DNA of 64,000 nt from assembly GCA_963771075.1 (NCBI GenBank), contig CAVYSE010000028.1:366234-430233 (forward strand). Reading direction: 5' to 3'. The first letter of the stretch is position 1. The number at the start of each line of letters is the position of its first letter. Of this stretch, positions 42,698 to 52,512 are shown piece after piece. Under the pieces are notes generated by a model. It saw only the letters and a program-made list of their open reading frames with translations, did not search any database and was not told the origin of the DNA. Both the position numbers and the translations under genes were made by a program. Source of the DNA: a candidate division FCPU426 bacterium (GTDB taxonomy: Bacteria; Oederibacteriota; Muellerivitia; Muellerivitales; Muellerivitaceae).

Positions 42698-45600
42698 TTA
42701 TCCCCACTTCACAGGGCATTTCACGATTTCACCCGATTGCTTGTGCTTGAAAAGGACATGGCCGTTTTCCCTTCCGAATTTCCAGAGGTCGTGGGTGAGT
42801 TTTACGTCCTGGCGGCAATAGTCGATCACTTGGTCGAACTTCCCCTCCCGCCACCACTTCACCGCCAAGAGGCCGTCCGCGCTTTTTTCCGCCCCTCCCA
42901 GAGTATGCTCCGCCAGGTGGGCCAGGGAAAGACGGTGGTTCAGCGTTTTTTGCAGGTCCGCCATTAAATCCAGCGAGGGGAGGCTCTGAAGGTTGAAGGA
43001 TGCGTAACCCTGAAGCACCCCGTAGTCGAACCGAAGCGTGTTGAAACCAATCACTAAACTGGCGGCTTTAAGGTGCCGCAATAAATCTTGCACCGTGCTC
43101 TCCACGTAGGTGAAATATTTATCCAGCTGGATGTCATAAACCACCGCGCAGGAAAGTTTCATGCCCGGCAGGTTGCCCCACCCCCCCTGAATTTCCCCCG
43201 CCAAGTATTGGGTTTCGATGTCGAATACAACCGTGCCCGTCTTTTCCGGCGGATTTTCTTTGTACGTTCCGGGTTGGGGGCCCTGGGAAGGCGAGAGGGG
43301 GTTCGCGATGGGAGCTTTTTTCACGAACAGGTTTTCCGTTTTCGGAAACAGATCCGGGCTTGGTCCGGGGGCAGGCGACTGGGTTCGAGCCTTATAGTCT
43401 TCCCGCCCGAGAATAAAACCCAGGATACGAAGGGCTCCTTCCTTATCCAGCGGATGGTTCCCGCTCCCGCACTTGGGGGATTGCACGCAGGAGGGACAGC
43501 CCTCCTCACATCCGCAATCCCGGATCATCTCAAAGGTGGTCGAGAGCAGTTCTTCCATTGTCCCGTAGGCCTTTTGTGTCAACCCGACCCCGCCGGGATA
43601 ACCATCGTAAATGAAGATGACCGGCTGAGGCACTTGTGGATGGGCCGGGGTGGAGATTCCTCCCAGGTCCCATCGGTCGCAAACCACATGCAGGGGCATC
43701 ATGGCGATGGTTCCGTGTTCGGCGGCGTGGAGCCCGCCCATGAAATGGATCTTCCGGTCCGTGACCTGTCGTTGAAGAGTCTCGGGAAGCGCCATCCAAA
43801 GGGCTTTCGTCTCAAAGGTTTGCGTGGGAAGAGTGAGGGGATAGGTGGAAACCAGGCCCTGGTCCAGGAGGCGATGAACCTCATAATTGATGAACCGCTG
43901 GGTGATCTTGACCCGGCCGAAGCGAATGGAACATTGGGATTTGGCCGGGCCCAGGTGTCTTCGGTTTTCCTCCTGCAGGATCTCCGTTTCCTCCTCATAA
44001 TTGACCTGGGTGTAATAATCCACAGGCTCATCCAGGACCAGTATCTTGCGCTGTTCCCATTGCAGGTCCTTGACCACGTATTGGATGCCCTGGTGCAAAT
44101 ACACCGCGCCCGGGTGGCAGTCCCGAAAAGCGCGCGAGCCATCGATGGTTCCGATCACTTCCCCCGTGTCCTGCCGGATGATGGAATAACCCTCCCCCAT
44201 TTCCCGAATACTGACCGAACGCTGGGGATTTTTATCCGTTACCAGGAATTTATCCCCGGCCGCGGTCTCCAGCACCAAACCTTCTTGGACCATGGGTTTT
44301 AACCATTGGCCCAAAGCCGGGCCGTAGATAGGCCCGTCCCCCTCCAAGGTAATGGGGATCTCGGATGACGCGCAACGCAGGTGGTTTTTCGCGATAACTT
44401 CATTTTCAAAACCCACCATCAGGGACTCGGGCCTCATAGAAAAAAACCGCGAAGGGTGCTTCATCCAATATTGGTCCATGGCGTCCGCCATCCCGACGAG
44501 AAAGACCGCCGAAGGAGCCTGCCCCCGGCCAACCCGGCCCGAACGCTGCCATGTGGAGATCATGGTTCCGGGATAACCCACCAGGACGCAGGCGTCGAGA
44601 CCGCCCACGTCGATGCCCACCTCCAAAGCGGAGGTGGAGATGACCGCGCTCAATTCATCCTTAAAAAGCAGGGATTCGATCTCCCGCCTTTCCTCCGGCA
44701 AATATCCCGCCCGGTAACTTCGAATCCGGGAGGCCCATTCCGGCCTCGACTGGTGGACCCACAGGCTGATGAGTTCGGTGATCTTTCGCGCCTTTGTAAA
44801 AACGATGGTTTTAAGGCCCTGGTCCAGGCACTCGATGAGAAGTGTCACCGCCGCGGTGTAAGGCGATCCCGACTCGGGGTTCCACAGGACAAAAGTTTTT
44901 TTATTTTGGGGCGCCCCAGATTCGGAAATAATCTCAAAATCCTGGCCGGTCAACCCCTTGAGGAATTCCTCCGGGTTTCCCAGCGTAGCCGAACATGTCA
45001 CAAAGTGGGGATCGGTGCCATAATGGCGACAGACCCGCCTTAATCGGCGAACAACATGCGCGACATGGGCGCCAAAGATTCCCCGGTAACTGTGGGCCTC
45101 ATCGATCACCACGATTTTCAAGTTCTTGAAAAATTCGGCCCATCCGTCGTGAAACGCCAAGATGCCCAAGTGGAGCATATCCGGATTGGAAAGCAATATA
45201 TTCGGCGGGTTCTTTCTAATTTTGGCTCGAACCCCGGATGGGGTATCCCCGTCGTAGATCTCGGCGCTGAATTCCGGTAACCCGTTCGTTTTAAATCGGC
45301 CTTTCCATTCCTGGAGGTTTTTAAGCTGATCCTGCGCCAAGGCTTTCACGGGATAAAGGTAAAGGGCCCGGTATTTGGGGCTTTCCAAAATTCCATTAAA
45401 TACTGGCAGGTTGAAACACATGGTTTTACCCGAGGCGGTGGGGGTGGTCACAGCCGTGTGTTTCCCCGCGAGGATGGCGTCCAAGGCTTGCGCTTGATGG
45501 GTCCATGGGGCCTCAAACCCCGAATTTTTAAGGACCCCCATCAAAGAATCGGAAAGCCCCTTGGGCCACGCCGAATACCGGGCTTGGGTTGCCTGAATGA

Positions 45601-45703
45601 CCTCTACATGCTTGATATTGTCTTTTAAGTCTTCCCGTGATTGGAGATGGGATAAAACCCTGGAGAATGGGGAATTAATATTTTTAGCCTCAATGAATCC
45701 CAT
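42698..45703 (-). CDS. DEAD/DEAH-box helicase with DUF1998 (MrfA/Hrq-like) fused to a C-terminal RNase H-like exonuclease
   Basis: TPTASGKT, DEAH, SAT and QRSGRVGR motifs; CGCEEGCPSC; then FDIET..GFNTLRFD..YCRQDV. Confidence 0.92.
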   Translation of the reverse strand: MGFIEAKNINSPFSRVLSHLQSREDLKDNIKHVEVIQATQARYSAWPKGLSDSLMGVLKNSGFEAPWTHQAQALDAILAGKHTAVTTPTASGKTMCFNLPVFNGILESPKYRALYLYPVKALAQDQLKNLQEWKGRFKTNGLPEFSAEIYDGDTPSGVRAKIRKNPPNILLSNPDMLHLGILAFHDGWAEFFKNLKIVVIDEAHSYRGIFGAHVAHVVRRLRRVCRHYGTDPHFVTCSATLGNPEEFLKGLTGQDFEIISESGAPQNKKTFVLWNPESGSPYTAAVTLLIECLDQGLKTIVFTKARKITELISLWVHQSRPEWASRIRSYRAGYLPEERREIESLLFKDELSAVISTSALEVGIDVGGLDACVLVGYPGTMISTWQRSGRVGRGQAPSAVFLVGMADAMDQYWMKHPSRFFSMRPESLMVGFENEVIAKNHLRCASSEIPITLEGDGPIYGPALGQWLKPMVQEGLVLETAAGDKFLVTDKNPQRSVSIREMGEGYSIIRQDTGEVIGTIDGSRAFRDCHPGAVYLHQGIQYVVKDLQWEQRKILVLDEPVDYYTQVNYEEETEILQEENRRHLGPAKSQCSIRFGRVKITQRFINYEVHRLLDQGLVSTYPLTLPTQTFETKALWMALPETLQRQVTDRKIHFMGGLHAAEHGTIAMMPLHVVCDRWDLGGISTPAHPQVPQPVIFIYDGYPGGVGLTQKAYGTMEELLSTTFEMIRDCGCEEGCPSCVQSPKCGSGNHPLDKEGALRILGFILGREDYKARTQSPAPGPSPDLFPKTENLFVKKAPIANPLSPSQGPQPGTYKENPPEKTGTVVFDIETQYLAGEIQGGWGNLPGMKLSCAVVYDIQLDKYFTYVESTVQDLLRHLKAASLVIGFNTLRFDYGVLQGYASFNLQSLPSLDLMADLQKTLNHRLSLAHLAEHTLGGAEKSADGLLAVKWWREGKFDQVIDYCRQDVKLTHDLWKFGRENGHVLFKHKQSGEIVKCPVKWG

Positions 45704-45923
45704 GGGGGGATTCTAAGGTGAATTTTTTAAAAAACCCACTTTTACAGCAAATTTACGCAGTTCTACTTTCCCTAAAATGGGTGGAGTTTAAAATAATTCT
45801 GGTTCCATTCTATTTCGCCTTAAATTTGACAATATTTTAATATTTTAATTTAGAACCATTTGAATAATCGACCAATTCAGATTGGCATTCAGGTTGCATC
45901 TGTTGATTGCGGGAGACGAAGCC

Positions 45924-46103
45924 ATGGAAGAGATTCGGTGTGAGGACGTTCGAAAGAAACTTGATGATTTCCGCCAAGCCCATTTGACCCCGCCAGAGAA
46001 GGGACGAATGGAAAGACATCTTTTTTATTGTCCGGATTGCATCAATCAACTGGCCGCACAAGCCTCGAACAAGGATAAGCGGGAAGTCTCTATTCTTTCC
46101 TGA
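45924..46103 (+). CDS. Small zf-HC2 (anti-sigma-type zinc finger) protein
   Basis: CEDVRKKL..ERHLFYCPDC motif; GGAG RBS. Confidence 0.65.
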   Translation: MEEIRCEDVRKKLDDFRQAHLTPPEKGRMERHLFYCPDCINQLAAQASNKDKREVSILS

Positions 46104-46180
46104 TCAAAAGCGATAAATTCCGGCCCTCCACTTATACGCCTTCAATTACGGTTATAACCTTTGATTTCTATAAGGCGGCT

Positions 46181-47302
46181 TTAAACCCGCATCGGCATGA
46201 TCACACAAAGATAATCCCCATCCCCCTTGGGACGGATGATACCAGGACTTAAAGGTTGGGTAAGTTCCAAACTAATTTCCTTAGTACCGACATTCTTCAA
46301 AACATCCAAGACGTATTTTGAGTTGTAAGCAATACTGATTTCCTCGCCCTTGTAGGCTATGTCGATTTCTTCTTTGGCTTCCCCCATATCGGGGGTTTTT
46401 GAGGAAATGGTGAGTTTGTTTCCCTTGGCTTGGTAACGAATGGAATTGGATTTTTCGGAAGTCAAGATAGCGACGCGGCGGGTGGCCGCCGCCAATTCTT
46501 CGGTCGAAGCCTCGATCTTTTTATCGGATTCTTTGGGAATCACCTGTTCGTAATTCGGAAATTGCCCTTCGATTAGACGGGAGACAATCTCCACGCCTTC
46601 CACAACAAATTTGATTTGATTGTCAGTGGCCATTATTTCTACAAGAGTTTCTTTTTCCTCTTCTCCTTTATCTGACTCGGAAATGACTTTCGAGAGTTCA
46701 TTTAATGTTTTAGTGGGAATAATGACGCTGCATTTATCTTCATTCTTGCCGTCCATCTTTTTTTGAATAAAGGCAAGCCGGTGGCCATCGGTGGCGACCA
46801 TTCTCAGTTTTCCATTCTCCGCTTGGAAAAAGACACCATTTAAGACATATCGAGTTTCATCGTTTGAAACGGCAAAAAGGGTTTTCCGGATCATTTCCTG
46901 TAAAAGGCTTCCTTTTACCTTAAACGACTTGTCTTTTTTCACCTCTGGAAGAATTGGAAAATCATCTTTTGGCAAGCCATGAATTTTGAAATTGGATTTT
47001 TGGCAGACCAATATGACCTTATGATTATCGTCGATTTCAATATCGATCGATGCGTCGGGTAATTCCCTCACGATATCCGCTAATTTTTTAGCGTTTAAGG
47101 TAATGCTACCTTTTTCAACCACTTCGGCTGGAACACTGCATCGCACACCCATATCCAAATCGGTGGCTACAAACTCCAATTTTTTATCCCTGGCTTCCAA
47201 AAGCACATTCGCCAGAATGGGCATGGTATTTTTAGCGGCAACCGCGCTTTGAACCGTTGAAATTCCCTTTTGAAAATCAGACCGAGTAAGAACTACTTTC
47301 AT
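46181..47302 (-). CDS. dnaN: DNA polymerase III beta clamp
   Basis: ATDLD, ATDGHRLA, GQFPNYEQVIP and IMPMR motifs. Confidence 0.98.
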   Translation of the reverse strand: MKVVLTRSDFQKGISTVQSAVAAKNTMPILANVLLEARDKKLEFVATDLDMGVRCSVPAEVVEKGSITLNAKKLADIVRELPDASIDIEIDDNHKVILVCQKSNFKIHGLPKDDFPILPEVKKDKSFKVKGSLLQEMIRKTLFAVSNDETRYVLNGVFFQAENGKLRMVATDGHRLAFIQKKMDGKNEDKCSVIIPTKTLNELSKVISESDKGEEEKETLVEIMATDNQIKFVVEGVEIVSRLIEGQFPNYEQVIPKESDKKIEASTEELAAATRRVAILTSEKSNSIRYQAKGNKLTISSKTPDMGEAKEEIDIAYKGEEISIAYNSKYVLDVLKNVGTKEISLELTQPLSPGIIRPKGDGDYLCVIMPMRV

Positions 47303-47334
47303 GAGAAACTCCTATGGCCATGGATTAAGAAGAC

Positions 47335-47635
47335 TTTAACTGAAAGACTTTTAAATTTAAAAGGAATTAGAAGTAGTAGTAGGCTTTGCGGATATGTGTA
47401 AAAAACCCTAATTGTTTAACTTTTTATTGGAATATTGGGCTTTTTTAGCTGTGTATAGATTGAGGGTATTATATGGGAAATTCACAACCCCGCAATCCAT
47501 TTGCCCCCTATCCCCAATCATCCGGAATGTTTCCCCAGAATGTCCACTTGTTTTTGTGTATCGGAAAAAAATTATATTCGGGATGGATGTTACGAATGAA
47601 ATTGTGGAAAAGTTGCGGATGAGTCGTGGATAAGG
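47335..47635. other. oriC, unwinding sub-region between dnaA and dnaN
   Basis: AT-rich tract; DnaA-trios TAGAAGTAGTAGTAG at 47368-47382; tandem boxes TGCGGATAT/TGTGTAAAA at 47387-47403; further boxes near 47450, 47603 and 47625. Confidence 0.88.
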
Positions 47636-47652
47636 CAAAATATAAAAAGGAA

Positions 47653-49044
47653 TTAGTTGGAGTAAAAACCGTCGGTGAGTTGTTTTTTCAAGCTGTTGAT
47701 TTCGGCCAACAATGCGATATCGGAAACGAGCAAGTCCTCGATTTTCTCATAAGCGTGAATAATGGTCGTGTGGTCCTTACCTCCAAAAGCGGCGCCGATC
47801 TCACTCAGGGAATGAGGTGTTAATTCACGGGAAAGAAACATGGCGATTTGCCTTGGGAAGGCGATCTGTTTCGTCCTTTTTCTGGATTTCATGTCCGAAA
47901 ACCGACAATTGTACCTGTCCGCGACCACCCTTTGAATATCTTCCACCGAAACCCTTTTATCCTCGTTGGGAAAGGTATCTTTTAGAATTTCCTTGGCCAA
48001 GTCTAGGGAGACCTCCTGGCGGGTGAGGGACGAAAAAGCGATGACCCGGAGCATGACGCCCTCTAATTCCCTAATGTTGGCTTTCGCGTGATTCGCGATG
48101 AAGGCCGTCACGTCATTGGGGACGAGGATTCCCTCATGCTCGGCTTTTTTCCTTAAAATGGCGATTCGGGTTTCCAAATCGGGCTCTTGAATATCGGTGA
48201 TCAGCCCCATTTCGAACCGGTTTTTGAGTCTTTCCTCGAGCTTGATTTCTTTGGGATGGCTGTCCGAAGTCGCAACGATTTGTTTTTGGGCCTCATAGAG
48301 GACATTGAACGTGTGAAAGAATTCTTCCTGCGTGCTTTCCTTACCTTCCAAGAATTGAATATCGTCTATCAATAGAACATCAACGGTTCGGTACTTATTC
48401 CTGAAATCTTGGGTGCGCCCGGATTGAATGGATTGGATCATGTCATTCATGAATTTTTCGCTGGATAAATAAAGAACCCGGGAAGCCGGATTCTGGATTC
48501 TTACGAAGTTTCCGATCGCCTGCAAAAGATGAGTTTTTCCTAAACCAACTCCCCCGTAGATAAACAAGGGGTTGTAGGAACGGGCAGGGGATTCCGCTAC
48601 TGCTAGGCAGGCCGCATGGGAAAAACGGTTGCTGTTGCCGACAACGAAACTTTCAAAATTGAATTTTGAATTCAGGATAAATTCAGTATCGGTTGAATTT
48701 CCGTGATTTAGGGGATTTATTCTGGATTTTTCCGCAATTTCAATGGATAAAGAGGGCTTAGCAGTTAAAGGAGCTGTTTCGGGATTGAGAATTGCATTTT
48801 CGATTTCAAATTGAATTTCCAATTGTTCAGGATGGAGGGCATTCAAGGCCTTTTGGATTTGGGGTTGGTAATGGTCCCTGATCCAATCCCGGAAAAACTC
48901 ATTGGGAACCTGGACATGTAGAGTTTTTTCGCGTACCGAGGCTTTGGTAACCTTAAACCATGTTTCAAAACTTTGTTGGTTTAGGTCTTTTTTTAGGTTT
49001 TCAAGGCAACGATCCCAAAGATCGGCAGTAACACTCATCCACAA
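47653..49044 (-). CDS. dnaA: Chromosomal replication initiator DnaA
   Basis: YNPLFIYGGVGLGKTH, DDIQF and GGKDHTT motifs. Confidence 0.99.
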   Translation of the reverse strand: MWMSVTADLWDRCLENLKKDLNQQSFETWFKVTKASVREKTLHVQVPNEFFRDWIRDHYQPQIQKALNALHPEQLEIQFEIENAILNPETAPLTAKPSLSIEIAEKSRINPLNHGNSTDTEFILNSKFNFESFVVGNSNRFSHAACLAVAESPARSYNPLFIYGGVGLGKTHLLQAIGNFVRIQNPASRVLYLSSEKFMNDMIQSIQSGRTQDFRNKYRTVDVLLIDDIQFLEGKESTQEEFFHTFNVLYEAQKQIVATSDSHPKEIKLEERLKNRFEMGLITDIQEPDLETRIAILRKKAEHEGILVPNDVTAFIANHAKANIRELEGVMLRVIAFSSLTRQEVSLDLAKEILKDTFPNEDKRVSVEDIQRVVADRYNCRFSDMKSRKRTKQIAFPRQIAMFLSRELTPHSLSEIGAAFGGKDHTTIIHAYEKIEDLLVSDIALLAEINSLKKQLTDGFYSN

Positions 49045-49124
49045 GCCTCCCGAAAACTAAAAAAAGATAAAAACCCTTTAATAAGGCCTATTTCCGCATA
49101 GCGGAAGATAGGAGTATCCCCAAC

Positions 49125-49340
49125 TTATCAACAACCCTACATCCACGTGAAAATAGGGCCTATTTTTAACATTTTTCCCTAATTCTGGTTTATTCACAAT
49201 TGTGAATAGCCCTGTGGACAACTAAAAGGCCTTTTTCCACCGTTTAGAACCTGCTTACTATTTCCTCAATAAATTTTTTTATTAAATCTTTTGAGGAGAA
49301 GCTTTCAACTTATGCACCGTTTACTCACAACTATCCACAA
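49125..49340. promoter_or_regulatory. DnaA-box cluster upstream of dnaA
   Basis: TTATCAACA 49125, TTATTCACA 49190, TGTGAATAG 49201, TGTGGACAA 49213, TTACTCACA 49321, CTATCCACA 49331. Confidence 0.85.
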
Positions 49341-49617
49341 ATTCACGTTTGAAAAGCGCTAAGACGAAAAAAATTTTTTCGTGGATCGCGAGGGTTGGCA
49401 TGGCGAAGACGAAAAAATTTTTAGGTACATCTTTAGATTTTCGAAAAATGTAACTTGCTCACTCCTTTTAAACCTTTTAACGCCCAAGTCAAGAAAATAT
49501 TGAGAGGAAGAAGAAAATTTATTTCCCCAACAAATTAAATGCGCTCTTGACAGGTCGTGGTTCCGGTTCAAAAGTGAAAATTTTTTTCCCTGGAAAAAAA
49601 TATTTTTCTTTGAGCCA

Positions 49618-50639
49618 TCAATAACTGTTCGCGTCCAATTTCACTTTGCCCCGGAAGATCCAATAGATGCTGGCGGTGTAGGAAATCACGAGAGGCATTC
49701 CGATGGCTGCGATGACTGTCATGATTCGCAAGGTTTTCAGGGAGGAGCAGCGTTGTAAATGGTCAGACTGTTCTCGGGCAAAGGCGTGGAATAAACCATA
49801 TAGGGATACATGCCGATGCCAAAGAGCGCCATGAGGCTGGCGCAGGCCGCGCAAGATGAAAGGAACGCCGCCAAGCCTTGGCCTCGGCTGACATTTCGCG
49901 GGATATTGGCGATGGAGAGCACGCTCAAGACCGGGACGATGAATAGGTAAGGGTGGGTTTGGAGGGTGGTCAGCATGTGGGGCGTGAAAAGAAGCGTGGC
50001 CATGGTTGTGAGTGCGTAAAGAAGGATAAAGAAGATCATAGTGTTCTTGACCCAGCCTTTGATTTTTTCTTGCAAAGCGCCCTCGGTTTTCAAAACGATA
50101 TAGATCGAACCATGCATCATAAAGAGGGCTAGGGTCGTGATCCCCAATAAAAGGGAATAGGGGTTTAAAAGGCCCAAGAAACTTCCGGCGAATTCGTGGT
50201 CGCCGGCCAAAGGAATTCCCCAGGCGATGTTGCCCATGGCGATGCCGACCAAGAGGCTTGAGACAATGCTGGAGAGGGAGAAACTCACGTCCCAAAATTG
50301 CCTCCACCAGGCCATCGATTGTTTGCTCCGAAATTCGATTGCCACGGCCCGGAAGATAAGAGCCAAAAGAAGAAGCATGAAGGCTAGGTAGAATCCGGAA
50401 AAGACGGTGGCGTACACTTCGGGAAAGGCCGCGAAAAGGGCCCCCCCGCCCGTCACCAGCCACACCTCGTTCCCATCCCAGATGGGCCCGATCGCGTTGA
50501 GAAAGATGCGACGGTCCCGGTCCTCCTTCACGAACAAATGCAAAGCTCCAACGCCCAGGTCAAATCCATCGAGAATGGCGTAGCCCATGAAAAGGACGCC
50601 TACCAGGATGAACCAAATGGTTTGAAAATCTAGTGTCAT
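49618..50639 (-). CDS. cydB: Cytochrome bd oxidase subunit II (frameshift near 49740)
   Basis: LDGFDLGVG and [10 protein letters not shown] motifs. The tail YWIFRGKV lies in another frame ending at 49618. Confidence 0.93.
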
Positions 50640-51976
50640 GCGCGGTGGCCCTCCTCCACTTTCATGTGCAGCCCATGCTGGATCTTATCGTTCAGGAGAT
50701 AGAGGAAAAGAACTAAGAGCAGGAGATAAATCACCGTAAAGAGAATGAGGGAAGCCAATATTTCGTTCGCGGTGACCGTCTTTGAAAGGCCCTGGGCGGT
50801 GGTCATTAGGTTGTAAACGATGTAAGGCTGGCGGCCGACCTCGGCGGAGAACCAACCCAATTGATTTGCCGCTTGAGGCAAGAGCACCGAGAAGACCAGG
50901 ACCCAGAGGAACCACCGTGTCTCGTAAAGTTTTCCCCTCCATAAAAGGAAGACGGCCGACCACGCCACTAGAATGAGAAGGAGCCCGATCAGGATCATGG
51001 CGTGATAAGTTTGGAAAACGAAATTGACGGGAGGTCTTTTATCGGGGGGAAAGGAGGAGAGGCCGGTGATGGGTGAATTGAAATTTCCGGTGATGAGATA
51101 ACTTAGGAGCCCCGGTACGACAATGCCGTGCGTTTGACCGTTTTTCTCATCCACCCAACCGACGACGTATCCGTCGGCGGGGGCCAGTGCGGGGAAATGG
51201 CCCTCGTAAGCCGCCAATTTGGCGGGTTGGGTTTGGGCCACTACCCGGCCGCTTTGGTGACCTGAAACCAGTTGTAATAAGGAAGCAACGCAAGCCACCC
51301 CGAGGGCTATTTTTAGGGATGCTTTTGCGAATTCCTGGTTTTTATCCCGTAAAAGGTAATAGGCGCTGACGCTCAGAACCGCGAAAGCCCCGGCCTGCCA
51401 AGCGCCCATATAGACATGGAAAATACGGTCCATGGAAGAAGGGTTGAAAACCAAGCCCCAAAAATCGGTGATTTGCGCACGCTGGGAAGCCCCTTCCCCT
51501 ACCAGATGATAACCTGCGGGGGTCTGTTGCCAGGAATTGGCGATCACGATCCAAATGGCACTGAAATGGGCTCCCAAACAAACCATTGTCGTTGAAAATA
51601 GATGGGTTCCTCGGTTGAGGCGGTCCCACCCAAAAAGTAAAAGCGCTAAAAATCCCGATTCCAGGAAAAAGGCGAAAACGCCTTCCGCCGCCAAAGCGCT
51701 GCCAAAAACATCGCCCACGAACCGGGAATAGTTGGACCAGTTGGTTCCGAATTGGAATTCCATCACGATGCCTGAAGCGACGCCGATAGCAAAAACTAAC
51801 CCGAAGATCCTCGTCCAAAATTTTGCCATTTCCAGGAAGAGGGTTTTTTTTGTGAGGAAATAGGACCCTTCCATTAAGACCAGGATGAGTCCCAAGCCGA
51901 TACTAAAAGGGGGAAAAATATAGTGGAAAGCGATAGTAAACCCAAATTGGGCCCTGGCCAGCATCAAGGCGTCCAT
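50636..51976 (-). CDS. cydA: Cytochrome bd oxidase subunit I
   Basis: FHYIF, FQFGTNW, QPAKLAAYEG and EVGRQP motifs. Confidence 0.97.
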   Translation of the reverse strand: MDALMLARAQFGFTIAFHYIFPPFSIGLGLILVLMEGSYFLTKKTLFLEMAKFWTRIFGLVFAIGVASGIVMEFQFGTNWSNYSRFVGDVFGSALAAEGVFAFFLESGFLALLLFGWDRLNRGTHLFSTTMVCLGAHFSAIWIVIANSWQQTPAGYHLVGEGASQRAQITDFWGLVFNPSSMDRIFHVYMGAWQAGAFAVLSVSAYYLLRDKNQEFAKASLKIALGVACVASLLQLVSGHQSGRVVAQTQPAKLAAYEGHFPALAPADGYVVGWVDEKNGQTHGIVVPGLLSYLITGNFNSPITGLSSFPPDKRPPVNFVFQTYHAMILIGLLLILVAWSAVFLLWRGKLYETRWFLWVLVFSVLLPQAANQLGWFSAEVGRQPYIVYNLMTTAQGLSKTVTANEILASLILFTVIYLLLLVLFLYLLNDKIQHGLHMKVEEGHRA

Positions 51977-52201
51977 TTTCCTCTCCTTGATAAACTTTGA
52001 TCCTTGAACAAAAAGTAGGTTAGGGGTTTATGGATGTTTCCTCAATAGTTTTTAAAAGCAACTTATCATCATTGTGGGAAAATGCAGGGTTCCAAGCCCG
52101 CCTTGACCGGCTGATTTAAGTCCCCGGCTTTAGCCGGGGATAAGCCGAGTACTTGGGCAGATTTATGAACACCGCCCAAGGGACAGCCCATAGGCCGTCC
52201 C

Positions 52202-52230
52202 TTGACAGTCTTTCCTGCCCCACCTTTAAT
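52202..52230 (+). promoter_or_regulatory. Sigma70-type promoter before riboswitch 1
   Basis: TTGACA-17 bp-TTTAAT. Confidence 0.6.
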
Positions 52231-52237
52231 AGGTTTC

Positions 52238-52372
52238 GTTCAAGGTGTTCGGGAAACCGGTGTAAATCCGGTGCGGACCCGCCACTGTAAGGGATAATCG
52301 CTACTTCCGAAAGCCACTGGCAAGATGGGAAGGCCCGGAAGCCCCGTCTCAAGCCAGGAAACCGGCCTTGAA
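52238..52372 (+). ncRNA. Cobalamin riboswitch
   Basis: GGGAAACCGGTGTAAATCCGG, CCCGCCACTGT, GCCACTG..GGGAAGG and B12 box AGCCAGGAAACCGGCC; upstream of ABC transporter genes. Confidence 0.93.
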
Positions 52373-52512
52373 TCAAAACACCAGACCCTCTTGGTTGGGT
52401 GTGAAAAGCAAGCCTCGAGGAATGGGCTTTGTGCTTCTTTATAGGTCTCATCCATCCAAAGAAGACGCTCCTCCCTTTGCTTTTCAATAGAACGGATTAG
52501 CTTGGGGAAAAG

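Noticed and set aside
35545..44302. Long plus-strand ORFs (35545-36672, 39787-40764, 41787-42821, 43088-44302)
   Set aside because: Antisense shadows of well-supported GC-rich minus-strand genes, with no recognisable motifs.
47408..47638. Short ORFs between dnaA and dnaN
   Set aside because: They overlap the DnaA-box region of oriC and lack protein-like features.
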